From NCBI GenBank assembly GCA_009103225.1, contig RHPI01002048.1:633036-697035 (forward strand): a DNA stretch of 64,000 nt, written 5' to 3'. The position numbers and the translations under genes are program-made. This stretch comes from Chlorokybus atmophyticus (Eukaryota > Plantae > Mesostigma and Chlorokybus algae). The notes below the pieces were generated by a model, which had not been told where the DNA came from, did not search any database, and was given only the letters and a program-made list of their open reading frames with translations. Shown one piece after another: positions 39,510 to 53,649 of the stretch (positions are counted from its first letter, which is position 1; each line of letters starts with the position of its first letter).

Positions 39510-39551
39510 GGCGGACGTCCTCCTCCTCCGCCTCCGCCGCCGCCTGCTTTG

Positions 39552-39560
39552 AAACCCTAA
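39552..39560. promoter_or_regulatory. Telobox in the RPL22 5' region
   Basis: AAACCCTAA 43 nt upstream of the RPL22 ATG; teloboxes are typical of plant ribosomal protein genes. Confidence 0.75.
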
Positions 39561-39858
39561 AGAGACCTTAGCCAGTACACCGCGCCAACAATTGTACCAC
39601 CGAAGCGCCTGCGTGAAACGCCTGCTGCACGTCTCTGCCGCGGTATACAGTGCTACCATAACGTTCCTCCAACTTGACGGAGTCGGCCAAGCAGCGATGT
39701 ACAGGAAGCTTCCCCCCGGTCAGAGTGAAGCTGACCTGGTCCGGCCTGGTCTGGTCTGGCCTGGTCCGGGGCAGTCTGGCCTACTCTGGCCTGGCTTGAG
39801 TGCTGGGTTCTGTGCGCTGAGTTCAAGCGACTTCTTGGTAAGCTGGAAGGACTCAAGT

Positions 39859-41250
39859 ATGGCCTCGCGGCGGCGGCAGCTACAGGAAGAGCAAGGACGA
39901 GGGAGTGTTTCCTCTTCTGGCGGCGGCGTTTTAACTGAGAGGCAGCGAGTCATTGAGAGAATGATAGAGGAAGAAGTGGCCGCAGGGTTCAGCAGCAGCA
40001 ATGGCAGGTCTCGGCCGAGGTGAGTGTCAGTATATCTGTGGAGCATTTGTCTTGCATGCGTCGCTGGTCAGATGGTAGTCATCGGCCATGAAGTGAAAGC
40101 AGATGTTGGTGCTAATCCTAAGTGTTAAAGCGCTTGCTTGTACCTGCCATGCTGAATCTGGACTGTAATCGCTTGCAATTGAAAGCTAACACTTGGATTG
40201 TGCGCGCCACGTGTAGCTCACCACGCTCACCGCGCTTAAGCATGCAGCGCAGCGCATCACCACAGAGGTGCACAGTTGCTCTGTTGCGAGTCAGTGACTG
40301 CTGCACGCACGCACGCGCACACGCACGCACTCACGCGCCCGCACGCAAGCTCTCACTCACGGGCACGGAACACACACGCACATGCACACCCAGACTTGAA
40401 GAGAGACACATCTGCGCTCATTCTCTTGCACACGCGTGCAAGCGCACCCACATGCACGTGCACTCAGGCATTCACACGTGCACACGCGCATAAGCTAAGT
40501 CGCTATCTGCTACACCCAGCAGGCCCGTGTCGTCCTTGGCTTCATCAACCGAGCTCTTCCAGCGCCGTCTCGGTCAGTCTCTTCGCGAGCGCAGGCGTGC
40601 AGAGATCGAGGCGGAGATGGAGGCCAGAGCGGAGGCCGAGCTCGCAGATGAAGAAGCCCTCAGGGCCAGCAACGGTGGAGTCGCCGTCAGCTTCTGCTCC
40701 GGTTCATTGTCGCGCGGGTCCACCCCACGCAGCCAGCTGTTACCGATGCGCAGCTCCGACAATTTGTCCACGCCTCGGTCGAGCATTGGCAGACTCGAAC
40801 ACGTGGACCTCGCGTCCTGCAGCCTCTGCGAGCCGGATGACATAAACCATGGTTAGATTCATGTACATGCATGGTATCATTGTTCCCTTTGACCCTTTCT
40901 GTTGCTGCATTGCCGCAGTGAGCTGACATGTGCCCGCAGGTGATGGCGAAGTATGTACACTAGTAACACTGCAGGAGCCGTACCGCTTGAGCAGGCACCA
41001 TCGGCCGGTGTATCGTAGTTACGAGTACTACCGCTACTATGGTGCGGAACAGCCAATATATTGCATACACTCATGTAGTTGCTGTACGATGAGCAATGGT
41101 GGGGTTGACTGACAGCAGGTTGTGTTGTTCACAGGTTTTGCTGGGCAGGGTGCGCGCACCAGCTGGGCGCACAATCCCTCCAAAGTACCTACCCTCCCTA
41201 GATACCTCACAAATACACATCAGAGAGCAATGCAGGCAGCTATTTACTAA
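39859..41250 (+). CDS. Small hypothetical protein (about 4 exons)
   Basis: MASRRRQLQEEQ...RSRPR|PVSSLASSTELFQRRLGQSLRERRRAEIEAEMEARAE...|GDGEVCTLVTLQEPY...YY|GFAGQGARTSWAHNPSKVP...AAIY*; phases consistent across GT-AG sites; no recognised domain. Confidence 0.5.
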
Positions 41251-41425
41251 AACACCAATCGTTTCTGTCTACAATCGCCTATTCACAAGCCAGTCAGCAC
41301 AGTCACATAGAAAACACTGGGGGCAACAAGCACAACATGACACTGCAGCAGATGAACAACAGCTACTGACACCACAGACAGTTGACACGCTGAGTCAAAC
41401 AAGCTGCGTGTCCACACGCTCAACA

Positions 41426-44400
41426 CTATTGGCTCAACAACAGAGGGGCTGCTTTGCTTGGAGTTGCCGAAACAGGTGGAAGGTAGTGACTCAGCTCCGC
41501 GGACAGCTCCTTCAAGCCTCGTATGAGCTCATAATGAAAGTCGTGGTTGGCTGCCGTGACCAACCGGCTGTGCAGTGTGATGCCCGCATCGCATGCGGCC
41601 AAAAAGTTGCGAAGTGCATCTCTCAGTTTTGTTGTCTTCTCCTCAGAATACTCTGTCTCCAGCTCTGGCGCCAAGAAGGTCTGGCAGATAGGAACAACGC
41701 CAGAGTTGACCTGCCATTCAGCAACAAGCAAATATCAGTCGAACATGCATGCAACACACATGTTAGCAGTATACAACAACGTGCGATTCTGACAACCATA
41801 CAACACTATGAGCACCTGTGTGCGAACACTTCCTTGAAGTACCCTTTGCAGCGACACCAGGCTTTTCTGTGGCCTCTTGATTTCTAGCCAGATAGCCTGC
41901 GCTTGAGTGTTGACAATATCAGTGGCATTCTCGATGGGCGAGAACTCCTTCTCTTGTCTCTCCTTCACAAGCAAACGGCTCTTGAGTGTTGGGAAGGTGC
42001 CGTCTGTAGTCAGCACGGTCCTGCGCTTCCACTGGTCCTGCAGACCGCCGTGCACGTTGCCGCTGGGCGTGAAGGGCGTGTCATACGTAAAGCGAGACAG
42101 GCCAGTGTTCTGGTCCACAATCAAGTCGGTCACATTCATGTCTTGAGGCAGCGGGTCCACAAAGGTGACCTGCAACACGGAACACCCTAAATCAAGCCAC
42201 AATTTCGCAATCAAACCAGCAGTCTGACAGCGTCCATTGCTACTTGCATGATTGCAGTCTGTGTAAGAAACAGTTTGTACCTGAATGTAGCCGACGCCAG
42301 GCAGCAGCTCTGTTGTGGACACGGTGTGAGAGTCTGTAATAATCTTCAAGAAGCCCTGCCCAAGCTTAACTCCATACAGCTTTTTCAAGCGCTCCACAAA
42401 CTCTCCCAGCAGAACTGTTCTTGCTTCGCGATACACGAACTGTTTGAGATGTAGGCTGGGGCCAAACACTTCACCGTAGAAAGCTACTCGGTAGAAGTTT
42501 GCAGCCGGATGGAATGTCGCCAACTCGGTTTGCTGCTGCAGGGACTCGTACACTTTCTTGAGACCTGTACAATCAGCAACACTTCAACCCTGTTTTCTCT
42601 GTTGGTTTGTACTCTAATTACCAACAGCATGGAACAGCTTGTGTAAACACACCATCGTAGCACTCAATCAGGTGCTGGAAAGACCGGCGCTTTTTATAGA
42701 CCGGTATCAGCATCTCGTACAGCTCAATGCAGGTCGCTTGCAGTTCTGCTTTGAGAAGCAGCGTGATTGCTGAGTGCAGCGAGTCCAAACCCGCCTCCAA
42801 CGTTGCCAGTGAGGCTCCATACCTGAAGCAAGACAACCCATCAATTCTTCAATACTATTGGAACAAGATTGCTGTGACTTGGTGATGCATGTTGTATAGC
42901 TTACCCAACACACTCGGGTGGCAACGTGCGCAGCCCAGGGCTGAGGGGTGGGCAGATCTTCTTCACAGCTTCCAAAGTATCCACCGGCCATGCCACTTCA
43001 GAGTCGCCCTGCTCCATCCACATTTGCGTGGCGACGAATATGGCGACTGCGCACATGGCTGCTTCGGCCCAGCGCTGTTGATCTTGTTGCAGCTTACACA
43101 GCTTCTGCAGCCACAGGATGTGCAGATCGGGCACCTGCAACAATCAGGTAGAATCAGAACAATACAAAGTAATCAGTGCAACCTAAGCATAAGTGGTGTC
43201 CCATGATCCTGACCTGTACATAAGCGTCTGCCAGGCTGCAGTAGTGGTCTACAATTGCATGCTTGTCGATTGGCGTGCGAGTTGATGTGGCTGTTGGCAG
43301 GCTCAGAGCATCCCGGTCATGCTCCAACGTGCGGGCCTGGATGGTGCATAGCGAACCCACCATTGCTTCAACCTCCTCCCATCGCCGGTTGATGTCATCA
43401 ATGGTTGAATAGCCTCTTCCTGCAAGCGCATGGCACATGTATACGTAGCTGGTGGTTGTGAAATGCACAGCTCATGAAAGAAGAGCAACATTGTCCCTCA
43501 ATAACTAGAAATGAATGTACCTGGCACAAGGTCTAACGAGTCCCTCACATGGCCCTGTTTCAGGTCTTCCAGTGATGCGCGCAGCTGCTTGGCACAGTCT
43601 GCTTCTTGAGGGAACCCGTTGACCGCCTCGACCAGCCTCACATCACTCAAGACTTTGAAAAACGCCATGGTCAGAAGCATCCGCAACCGAAGCACGTTGC
43701 CAAACACCGCAAAGGAGTGCTGCGACACGCAACAATTGTTGTTGTTGGCTGATTCCTTGACAACAGCATGATGCACGCAACAGGAGCCAATGCATTTGCT
43801 GACATCAGATCAGTCAACAGGCAAAGTGTTGACAACCACACCTTGAGAAGTTGCTGCACACCCGCAATGCCTGCACGGCGAAGCGGCTCTGTTGAACACG
43901 TGCACATGCGGAGCAAACTCACGCACGCCTCATATATGAAGGTCTGGTCACGAGGGCGAGCGTACACATATCGCCGATGTGTGCACATGAAGATGTCCAG
44001 CACACGCAAGAACTCTGCCCACGCTGCAGCCGACTGCCTCTTGTTCATGAAATTCAACAGCAGAGAACACATGCAGTCCAGCCGGTTGTCTTTGGGGTCC
44101 AGATCCTCAGGCTCCTGATCTATCCTATCTGGCCCATCTAAGTATGCGATGAAAGCATCCAGAACGGTAAGGCTGACCAAAGTGCTAAGGTTCGCTTCCC
44201 AAGTTTTCTGCAAACACAAGGCTCAGGTTGCAATACCATTGACAAGCGACAAGCCTCCGCGTTGACATGCACATGTCAGCACTCACCAACTTGTGACGAA
44301 AGGCTGGGTCGTTCTTCAACGGCATAGCGGCTGCAGAAGGTTTGCGAGACCCGTTGGCTCGCAGCGCAATGAACTGCTCTCGCAGAGGTTGGTTTGACCG

Positions 44401-47400
44401 GGATGACAATGAGCCTTTCCCAGGGGAGTACATTCTCTCCAGGGTAGCCTGCACGTAACAGCGTGTGTTATTTGGTACAGTGTTAGAGAAGAGCAGCTCT
44501 TGAAGACTGTTCTTGATCGGAAACTACGCACTTTTGTGTCTTTGCTGTCGCTGGCCAATACAGTGTACAGAGGTGGTGCGAGGTTGCCGCCGGGCACCAG
44601 ACTGGTCCTTGCTTCCAGCACGGCAGATGGAGAGGTGGCCGAGAAGTACTCAAAGTACTTAAAGCAAGCCTCCAGGATAGCAAAGAAAGCAGCGCGCCGT
44701 CCCGCGTCTTTGGCATAGCACTCAGCCAATGTGTCTGAGTTGGTGTGGCGCAGCACAAACAGCGCACAGATGAGAATCTCGCGCTTCTCTTGTGGAACCA
44801 ACTTCTCAAACACATCCAAGTTGTCGGCCAACTGCAGTTACAGCAAAGAAGTTTAGAGGCACTTTACAAAAGTAGGCACAAATGCTGCAAGGAAGGGAGT
44901 TGACAACCGCAGCCGACCATTTCTAGCACAGGGAAGAACATGGATGCCAATGAGGCCTTGTCTTCACTCCACTGGTAGCGCGCATCATATTCGCACTTTG
45001 TGACAGTCATTGCCAGTATGCGTGCAGCCTGTTATAGTCGGAGTAAGACCAAAGCACAAGGGAAACACACGCAAGACCAAAAAGCTAGCGGCTTGCATGC
45101 TTACCTTAGTGCGTATGCTGCGCTCGGGATGCCCCAGTGCGATGAAAACTTCCGTCACAAGTCTGTTGACAAGCAGGTTGCGGCGTCCTTCAATAGTGAC
45201 GAAGGTGCTGAAGTTCTCCACGTCGCAGATGACACGCAGAAAAGCCAACTTCATGTCCTGTAGCACCGGGGTGCAACTACCCACGAGCTTGGCAAAGTAC
45301 AGCTCTGTCTGCGAAAACCAGATGGTGACGACATGCCATGACAATAATAACTACGCAGACAGCGACAATGGGTTGCTGTCAGCAACCAAAAGCTCACCAG
45401 ACGCAAGCACTGTTCAGGTTGTATGAGAGCCAACAAGTCCGCGCAAAAGAATGCCAACGAGAGGTTGAGCTGCTTTGCAAAGACAAGGCCGGTGCTGCTT
45501 CTCTCTACTAGATCTGCCAACAGTGCTGAAAACAACCCTTGCAGGCTCCCAAAAACAGGCGCGCTCAGCAGCATCAGCGCAGCTCTGTCCTCATCTGCAG
45601 CCAAAAACGAGGGTCAACAGACACGTAGCAAGGCAATGATGTACCTCAGGACTAGATTATCTAATCTAGATCAATAGACTGGTCCATGATGAATGCAGCC
45701 CACCTCGCTCACGGCGAGCTTGCAGCTCCAGTGCAATTGATTTCGCTATCAGTTCAAGAAGCGCCCAACCAACAACCAAAGAGTCTTCGTACTCAACAGA
45801 GCCCTTGCTGCGTGTCTGTGACCACATTGAATGAGTCCATCCAGCGTGCCTGAGAAGTGCTTACACGCAACAAAGTCAGTGCAGGTTGCACCTTGTTTTG
45901 CGCTATGCCACACCAGATGTGGCACAGCGCAGGGTATACTGGAACCGTGTCCCATCGGTCTACGCTGCCATATACATAGTCAATGTACTGCACAAGGTAG
46001 CGACTCCGTTCCTCGCCGTCTACCACAGACTGCTGTACTCGCTTGAATATGTTGATCACCGCACGGAATGCTGTGCCCTATAAAGGGTACAGGGTAAGAT
46101 GCAAGACTTGCACAATAACCTGCAAATGCTCAGCCGTGACAGCAACTATGCTGTGGCTGCACAACCCAACTTGCCTGCAGTGCCCGAGATTCTGTTGTGG
46201 CCAGCACACCAAGCAGTATGTTGAGAGTTGGGTGCAAAAACTGCATCAGGGCTCTAGAGGAGCAGTTTGCCAACTGCTGCACCACCTGCTTGAGAAGTCA
46301 ACAATGTGCGACCGCCAAAAACAGGACATACAACAAATGAGAATGTTGACCAATTGCATCGTGACGACCAGTCTACATCAAGCTGGCTCACACCAAAGCA
46401 TACCAGTTCAAAACCCGGTGCCTGGCTGAGGCCGCCACGGATGTAGTCATCGTAAGCTTGCAAAAAAGCGCTGACATGCTCATCCATAGGGTTAATAGAG
46501 GAGCACAGTCGCATCCTCATGCGGAACAGCAGCTTCCTGTCATCAAGGTATGGCACATGCGCCTGCAACGTGACCATGTGAATACCTGAACACGCACGCA
46601 TTTTTACAACAGCACAACTGTTTGATTGCCAGCTCACCTTGACATTGTCCTCAAGATACTTGTACAATAACTCGCTCATGACTGGCAAGCTCAGATCTGC
46701 CGTTGACACCCTTTCCGGCGGGTACAGAGGGACCACAGCATATCCGAGTGGCTTCTGCTGTGCTGCCTGCTTAGATTTGGATGTAGGGGGCTCCACGTTC
46801 AAGAAAGTGAAAAGCAAATGGTGCTTTCTGCCGAGCAACGGCGGCACTTGCATCTTGAACTCGTCGTGAAACAGTGAGATCTTTGATCGCCAGGATATGG
46901 TTGTGCCCGCAGAAGTCTGCATCTGACCCTGCGGCTCCTTTGGAAAAAATACCTGTGAATGAGAACACACATTAGTAAACATCAGACATGCTTGCGAGAA
47001 TATTGCCAGCATGAGTGATGATTAACGGTTACTTACGGGAAGACCTGGTGCACTAAAGTTCAGGTCATCATCCTTGAGCTCTACTTTGATGTACACATTG
47101 CGCTGCTTGCGCGTGACAAACGATTGCGGGTATATATACAGCAGGTGAAAGAGGCGCATGTGCGGCTCGTTCTGGGAGAGCAGTCGAAAGTTGATCATGT
47201 ACGGGACGGGCAGCTTTGTTATGGAAGTCCCTGCAGGGTCGGTGTGCCTGCTCTCAACAGATAGTACGGCACCAGAGCGACTTGGAACTACGGGGCTGGC
47301 GCCGACTTCCGACGATGATATTGTCTCCCCGCCAGCAACGCTGCCAGCATCACTGTCATCATCCTCGCTGTTGGCATGGTACCCATTGCTGACAAAGGAG

Positions 47401-50029
47401 GAACCAGTGGACTGTTCTCTCTGATGACCATTGATTGGTGTGTTTAGCCCAGTGCTGGGCATCGACGGAACGATCAGTTTGGCTAATGTGCCCGCTGGAA
47501 AGCTAGCACTCGCATCAACACCATCGCCAGGTAGACGCTGTACCACAACCTGCAGCCCGTGATGCAGCATTAGACTTGACTATGAAGCACTAGCTAATAA
47601 AGTAGCTGTCAAGCATCAGCGCAAGTCATGACGGATTGCAGCGTGTCCACACCTGGAACTGTGCTCGCACATGCTTGTGAATCTTGCGCTTGGGATCCTG
47701 AACACCAAGGTAGAAGGCTGGTTACGCATGATTGCTTGCGCCACCAGAGGCAGTACATTTTGTTTGCAATCATGTGAGGGTGGAAACAGCCTCAGCACAC
47801 CAACATACATTGATCAAGTCTTGTAGACTCTCCTCTGAGTAGCACTCCTTGATGCGGTGCAGAGGCTCAACATCAACTGTCTTCTCTTGACCAGGCTGTA
47901 ACACAACGTCACGTTGGCGTCAGTGTCACCACCAATCAAGCCACGTATGCACTGTTCAGTACCTTGAAGTTACAGCTGCCATCGGAGTCAAACATAGGTA
48001 TAAGAGCCCAGGCGAATTGCTCGTGGACTGGCATTTTCTGCGACCAGTCCTGTGCAATCTGCTGTAACCTGATGCGCTCCTTCTCATTGCTCTTGCCCTG
48101 CAAGACATCATGTTGCTTAGAATGGTTGTATTGCAGTGCAAGTCCTCCACGAAACAGGTTCAAATGTGTGACCTGTTCTTTACGGGGGTGCGTATACGTT
48201 TTCCCCTTCACTCCACCAGCGCTGCCTGTCGCCGTTCGCTCCAATTGTAGAAGAAAGCAGATGCCGGGACCCGTCTCCACATCAGCAAAGGAGAAGACAC
48301 ACCTGCGCTCTTGCCGCCCAGAGGTACTGGCCTGCACAAGCAGACAGCAACATCTGAGTGCAAAATGTAGCTTCCGTTGTACTGGATGGTTGACTGGCTT
48401 GTGGGAACTACCCAAGCACAGCGGCAAGCAGGTGGCATAACAGTATGTGAACTGGAAGTGAAAGCTCACTTCAGTATGTCTGCATACAGAATACAATGAA
48501 GGTGAATGGGCTATCAAGCAGTGCACTCACCATCCAATCCTGTGGTGTGAACTGAAAGTGGAAGTCTTCAGAGACCTTTGAGCGTTTTGATGTGTCCCAC
48601 GTTGCTACTGAACCGTGAAAGGGTTCTGCCATGCACAAGTGGCATATGGCCTCAGCTATGCTACAACACATGTTGACAAAAGAACAGGAGACAGCATGTT
48701 GACATACCAATTGCACCAGCCTCAAAGTCCAGCTTTGAGATAGTCACAGCAAAGCGTAGCCCTCTGTCGGGATATTGATGTTATTGAACATTGCAACTGC
48801 ATTGTACCACTGCGGTGCACATGTGGAAAACTGCATGCAGAGTTCTGGCTATCAATTGTGCTTCACCAAGCAACCAATGTTGTGACTTACTGCGGGTTGA
48901 CACTTGAAGGGGGGAGTGCTGGTATACGATTGCCAGCCACTGTGGCACTCTCTGACTGCCAATTGTACAACGGATCGTATACTTGCACGAGTTGTGGTGG
49001 CGTAGTAATGGCCAGCTGCGTTGTATCAACATCATCAGCCACTAGCCAAGGCGTGCACTAATCACACAAACAGCCAAGCCACCTTGGAAGTGGACGCGGA
49101 TTGATGCAGAAGCTCATCTTCACCATAGGGCACGCCGCCTGCCACATGTCAACTTCAACAGAATGCTGAAACCGGTTGCGTAACGCGCATAGCCATAGCC
49201 ATAGCCATAGCCAACTGTGCACGACTTGCATACATAGTGACCTCGATTGAACTCTCACCATGTTTGCTTGCTGTCAGCTCATCCTGATCGCCCTCATATA
49301 CTTGAGGATCCAGTTCTGGCAAGGGAGCGGGGTTGAAGTGGCCGTATTTGCCATTGATCACAACCCAGTCGGAGCTGCATGTCTGCACTAACTCCTTAAG
49401 ATGTGGCGCCTGCTGCGCTGCTTCATGCAGCTGTTCACCAACGCAACAAATCAGTTGCTGAGCTGTGTTGCGTGAACACCAAACGAGCAACGTCAGTAGT
49501 TGAACCCTCAACTTCATACTCCAATTGCACGGTGGTTGCACTTCTGTGCTGTTGCTATGACTAGGCATGACATGCAACCACAACATGCACAAAAGCAACC
49601 TTGCTCACAGTAACGCCTTGTAACCTAGTTGCATTGCTTGTTTGCTCGATACAGCATTGGCAAATCGGCACCATAAGTAATTACTAACAGCGGCTGAAGC
49701 ATTGCCGACCAATGCCGCAAAACCACCGAGCAAACATCACATACGCCTGTCGCTTCACAAGGACCGAGGGTTGAAACCCATTTTCAGCCAATCCGTCATT
49801 GGAATCCGCTTGTACAGCTTGCACAGCAGAACTAGAACTCCAGTGTAGTAGTGTCTTGAAGTAGGTTGTTTGTGCAAGCTGTATGTACCAGTAACGAGGC
49901 CTGAGGGTTAGCTGTAGAGTGGCCGGCGCCAGAGAAGGGCGATCGTGCCACAGTGGTCAGCGTGCCAAAGTAACTCTGCTCTCGTGACGGAGGCAGCCCC
50001 AGGCCGCCTCCGGAAGCTATCCCAGACAT
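41426..50029 (-). CDS. SPK1: SPIKE1-like DOCK-family guanine nucleotide exchange factor (DHR1/C2 + DHR2)
   Basis: N-terminal PHLKELVQTCSSDWVVINGKYGHF...VYEG resembles SPK1. DHR1: HLLYIYPQS...NVYIKVELKDDD, FHDEFKMQVP...HHLLFTF. DHR2: FYRVAFYG...FVYRE, FTYDTPFT..G..HGGLQDQWKRRTVL....FP, SPIENA, LQRVLQGSVRTQVNSG. Start codon is tentative. Confidence 0.9.
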
Positions 50030-50086
50030 AGGGCAGGCCTGATGGTCGCCTCCAGGCCAGGCATGTCCCAGGCAGCTTCAGCAAGC

Positions 50087-50095
50087 AAACCCTAA
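50087..50095. promoter_or_regulatory. Telobox upstream of the SPK1-like gene
   Basis: AAACCCTAA 58 nt upstream of the putative ATG at 50029. Confidence 0.55.
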
Positions 50096-51323
50096 TGTGC
50101 TGCTGGCAGCACCAAACCCAACACCCAGCCGAGGTCTGTATGCTCAAAACTCAGTAGCTGTCCTGAGATTACAATGGACCTGCCAACACGGAGGACGACA
50201 CCCTCGCCGCCCACGCCGCCGCCTGCCAACCAATCAAAAGCCTGCTTACCTCTGCCCCTAACCTGCGTTTGAAATTAAACCTCCAGAACTTAACAGAGTG
50301 GGTTATTCTCGACATTGAACCTGCTCTAGTCGACTGCTCTATAGTCATATTAACCCTGAAGATTGCCCCTTTCTTGGCGAAGCCTTGACCGACTTGAACT
50401 GAAGCCTGCTTTTAACCGAGAAGCAGCGTTTTCCCGCTGAAATTTGAATCCAGCTGCTCCGGCTTGGTTAACCGTGACGACCGTCGTGGCGACGCGTGTA
50501 CAGAATCAAACGCAATACGGCATCATACAACTCAGCTAGCCGTTAAAGGCACTTCATTGAAGAATGTTCATCTTGACATGATGACTGAGTAACTCATGAG
50601 TCATAAGTCATGTCTCATGAGATCTCTATGAGTCATAACTTATGACTCATAAGAGTCATGCAGTCCGATTCCCAACACAGAACAGAAGGTTGTGTGGTTG
50701 TGTGCTCCGACACAACAACAAGCGCTTCACCCCGAAGAGTTGTGTCGGGCTTTCTGCCCTCCGCCTGTTCAGAGTGCGGCAAGGCGCTCTCTGCCTTTCA
50801 AGGCAGAGGAGCTGCTGTGCAATCCCTCGCTGTCTCTCTGCATCAACAGTGGTTTTTTCACCTCATTATGAGGACCTCATTTGTACAGGGCTGTCAGTTT
50901 GTGTCACGTTGTTGTGCAACAATGATGACAATGCTACTTGTGAGTTCGCTTCAGGATGAGTTGGAGTGTTCAACATGTGGAGGGTCTACTACTAATGCAC
51001 AAGTTGCAACTCTCTAGCTAGTCAAGATGGTGTAATGGTACGTGACTGCATTAGTGTAATGGTACATGTCTGCAGTAGCCTGGCTCATGATGACTACCTT
51101 GCATGGTGTGACTCCTCTCAAGGGACATGCACACTGTAGGGCTATGTGATAATGTGACACATGCAACTATTGTCGCATCCTGAGCAACTTCCATCCGCTT
51201 TGCATGTTGGAAGTCCCAAAGGACATACAGTCAGCACACTACAAGCGCACATGCACATCAGCTGGATGAGCCTAGTACAAGCACCAGTGTGTACTGTGTA
51301 GTAGTAGTCTCACTGCTACCAAC

Positions 51324-51547
51324 ATGGCTGGGACGAGGGTGTGTCTCTCCCCCTCCCTGTGTTTGTGGTTGTTGTTGTTAGTGTCGTGCTATTGTTGGGT
51401 TGATACAGTCCTGGCATGGAGCAACGCTGGAAACTGCTCCTTGCCTTCTACCAAGTACTTGCATGCCAACAAGGAGACAGTTCGCTGGGGCTACTATGAC
51501 CTCTCTGCGCCCTTTGTCGCCCACGTGCAGAGGTATGATATTGTTGT

Positions 51548-51581
<34 letters not shown>

Positions 51582-53616
51582 GTTTGACCAATCGTGTGCA
51601 CATGCGTTGATGGCTGTGTCAATTGCAGTGGGGATGAGATTACGGTTGAGGCCGTCACGCACCATGCGGGGGACTTCTATGCGGGCATGATTGCTGGCGA
51701 CAAAGGTGAGTGTGTGCATGTGCGCAGAGGCGGGTGTGTATTCGTGTGCATGCGCGCACATGCATGTGCTGACGAGAGTGAGCGAGAATGAGCATGCGTG
51801 CATGCATGCGTGCGTGCGCGCATGCATGCATGTCAGTCCTTGCCATAATCACTGTCATGTCATGTGACAATAGGTGTGACAATAGTTCATCAATGCACAC
51901 GCAGGTGTGGAGAGTATTTACAAATGGCTGCATGGCGAGTCCGCCCTTGAAAAAAACGTCCTCAAGCCTCCCGGCTCGGGCGTGCACGTCGTCACGGGAC
52001 CCATCAACATGTGCGGCTGCGAACCAGGAGACGTCCTGCAGGTAAGACAAAGAAGAACTTATTGTTGATGTTGGTGTTGACAGTGGTGTTGTTGGTGTAG
52101 GTTCTAACATTCAAGTCTCAGGTTGATATATTGGACTTGAGGCCAAGGAAGAACCCTGCTACGGGCAAGACTTACGGCAGCAATGCGGCAAAGGTTGCCG
52201 GGTGAGACGTTGTGGACCTATTGCACCAAGCACAACAACTACAGCAGTCACAACACACACAGTACAATGACACGTGTTGCCCATAGGTATCAGTTCCGCG
52301 TGGGTCATCGCAACGGTACCGCGTTCTCTCGCACGGGCGGGGACGAGGCAGTCACCATATACGAGTTCGTCATGGAGAAGGGCGCCAAAACTGGCAAGTG
52401 AGTACAACAGTAACAACTTTGTTATTACCTTGTAGTTTATAGTTGCTGTCAACAACAATTACAAGTCTGTCATGAAGGGTGCTTTGTGCAACAAGCGACT
52501 ACAATAACAAAAAACAAAACCCACAGCACCACCACCAACAACAACAACAACAACAATAACAATAAATCGAGTTGGTGTACATCACACCAACCATCCCCAC
52601 ACTATTACGTGTGCAGAGGCAAGCCCATCTTACAGTACAAGTACCCCAAAGTCCTTGACCCGTCCGGCCTCCCTCACGCCCTCTACGATCTCCCCGGCAT
52701 CACCATCCCTCACCCGCGCTTCTTAGGCACCAAGTGCGTGAGACACACATACACCCTCTGTTAGCATGTGACATGTGTCTCATTTTGTGTCACTCATTGT
52801 GTGTTACTCCTCCTCATGGCAGGGGTGCCCTCGTAAGATACCCGAAAGGGTTCCGCGCTGAGCTTTACAACCAGAGCGCCATCGAGTACACGGACGCGAA
52901 GCTGGACTATGAGATTGACCTGAGGCCGCACTTGGGGATTATGGCGCTCATGCCTGCCAACGGAGACAGCGTGAGTGTGTATGTTGGGTTGTGGACACCT
53001 TTGGCTCTGATGCACGTGTGCGTGTGCGTGTGCGAGTGAGTGCCTCTGTTCGTGTGTGCGTGTGCATGCGTCTCTGTTTATCTTGTGGATGAGTGTTGGT
53101 AAGTGTGTGAGCCTTGTCTCTGATGCACGCGTGTGTGCATGTGTGCGTGTGCATGTGTGTGTCTCTGTTTGTGTGTCTATGTATGAATATGGGTGTACCT
53201 CTCTGTCTCCGTAGTACATCAATGGCGTGGCGGGTGCGTTGGGTGCGAGTACGGCTCCACCGAGCAAGTTTGGAGGAAATGTTGATGACTGGCGCATTGG
53301 CAAAGGCGCCACCATGTACTACAAGTCTGAGCTGCCTGGTCAGTATTAGACTGGAAGTCGATGACGATGTGGGTGATATGGGTTAGGCCAATGTGTGTTG
53401 CATTACCACAACAACAGGGTGTAGATTGGTGTTGGGCGATACGCACGCGGCACAGGGCGATAGCGAGCTGGATGGTACGGCCATGGAGACCTCTCTCACT
53501 GTGCGCCTGCGCCTGACACTGCACAAGGTGAGGAAAGTAATGTCGTTGTTGTTGCTGTAATTGCTGCTGCAGCGTCAGCAGCAACAGCAGCAGCTGTTTG
53601 TTGTCGGCGTTGTGTT

Positions 53617-53649
<33 letters not shown>

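Noticed and set aside
50642-51017. Cys-rich short ORFs (CSECG, CSTCGG) as a zinc-finger gene
   Set aside because: No consistent exon structure or recognisable domain spacing.
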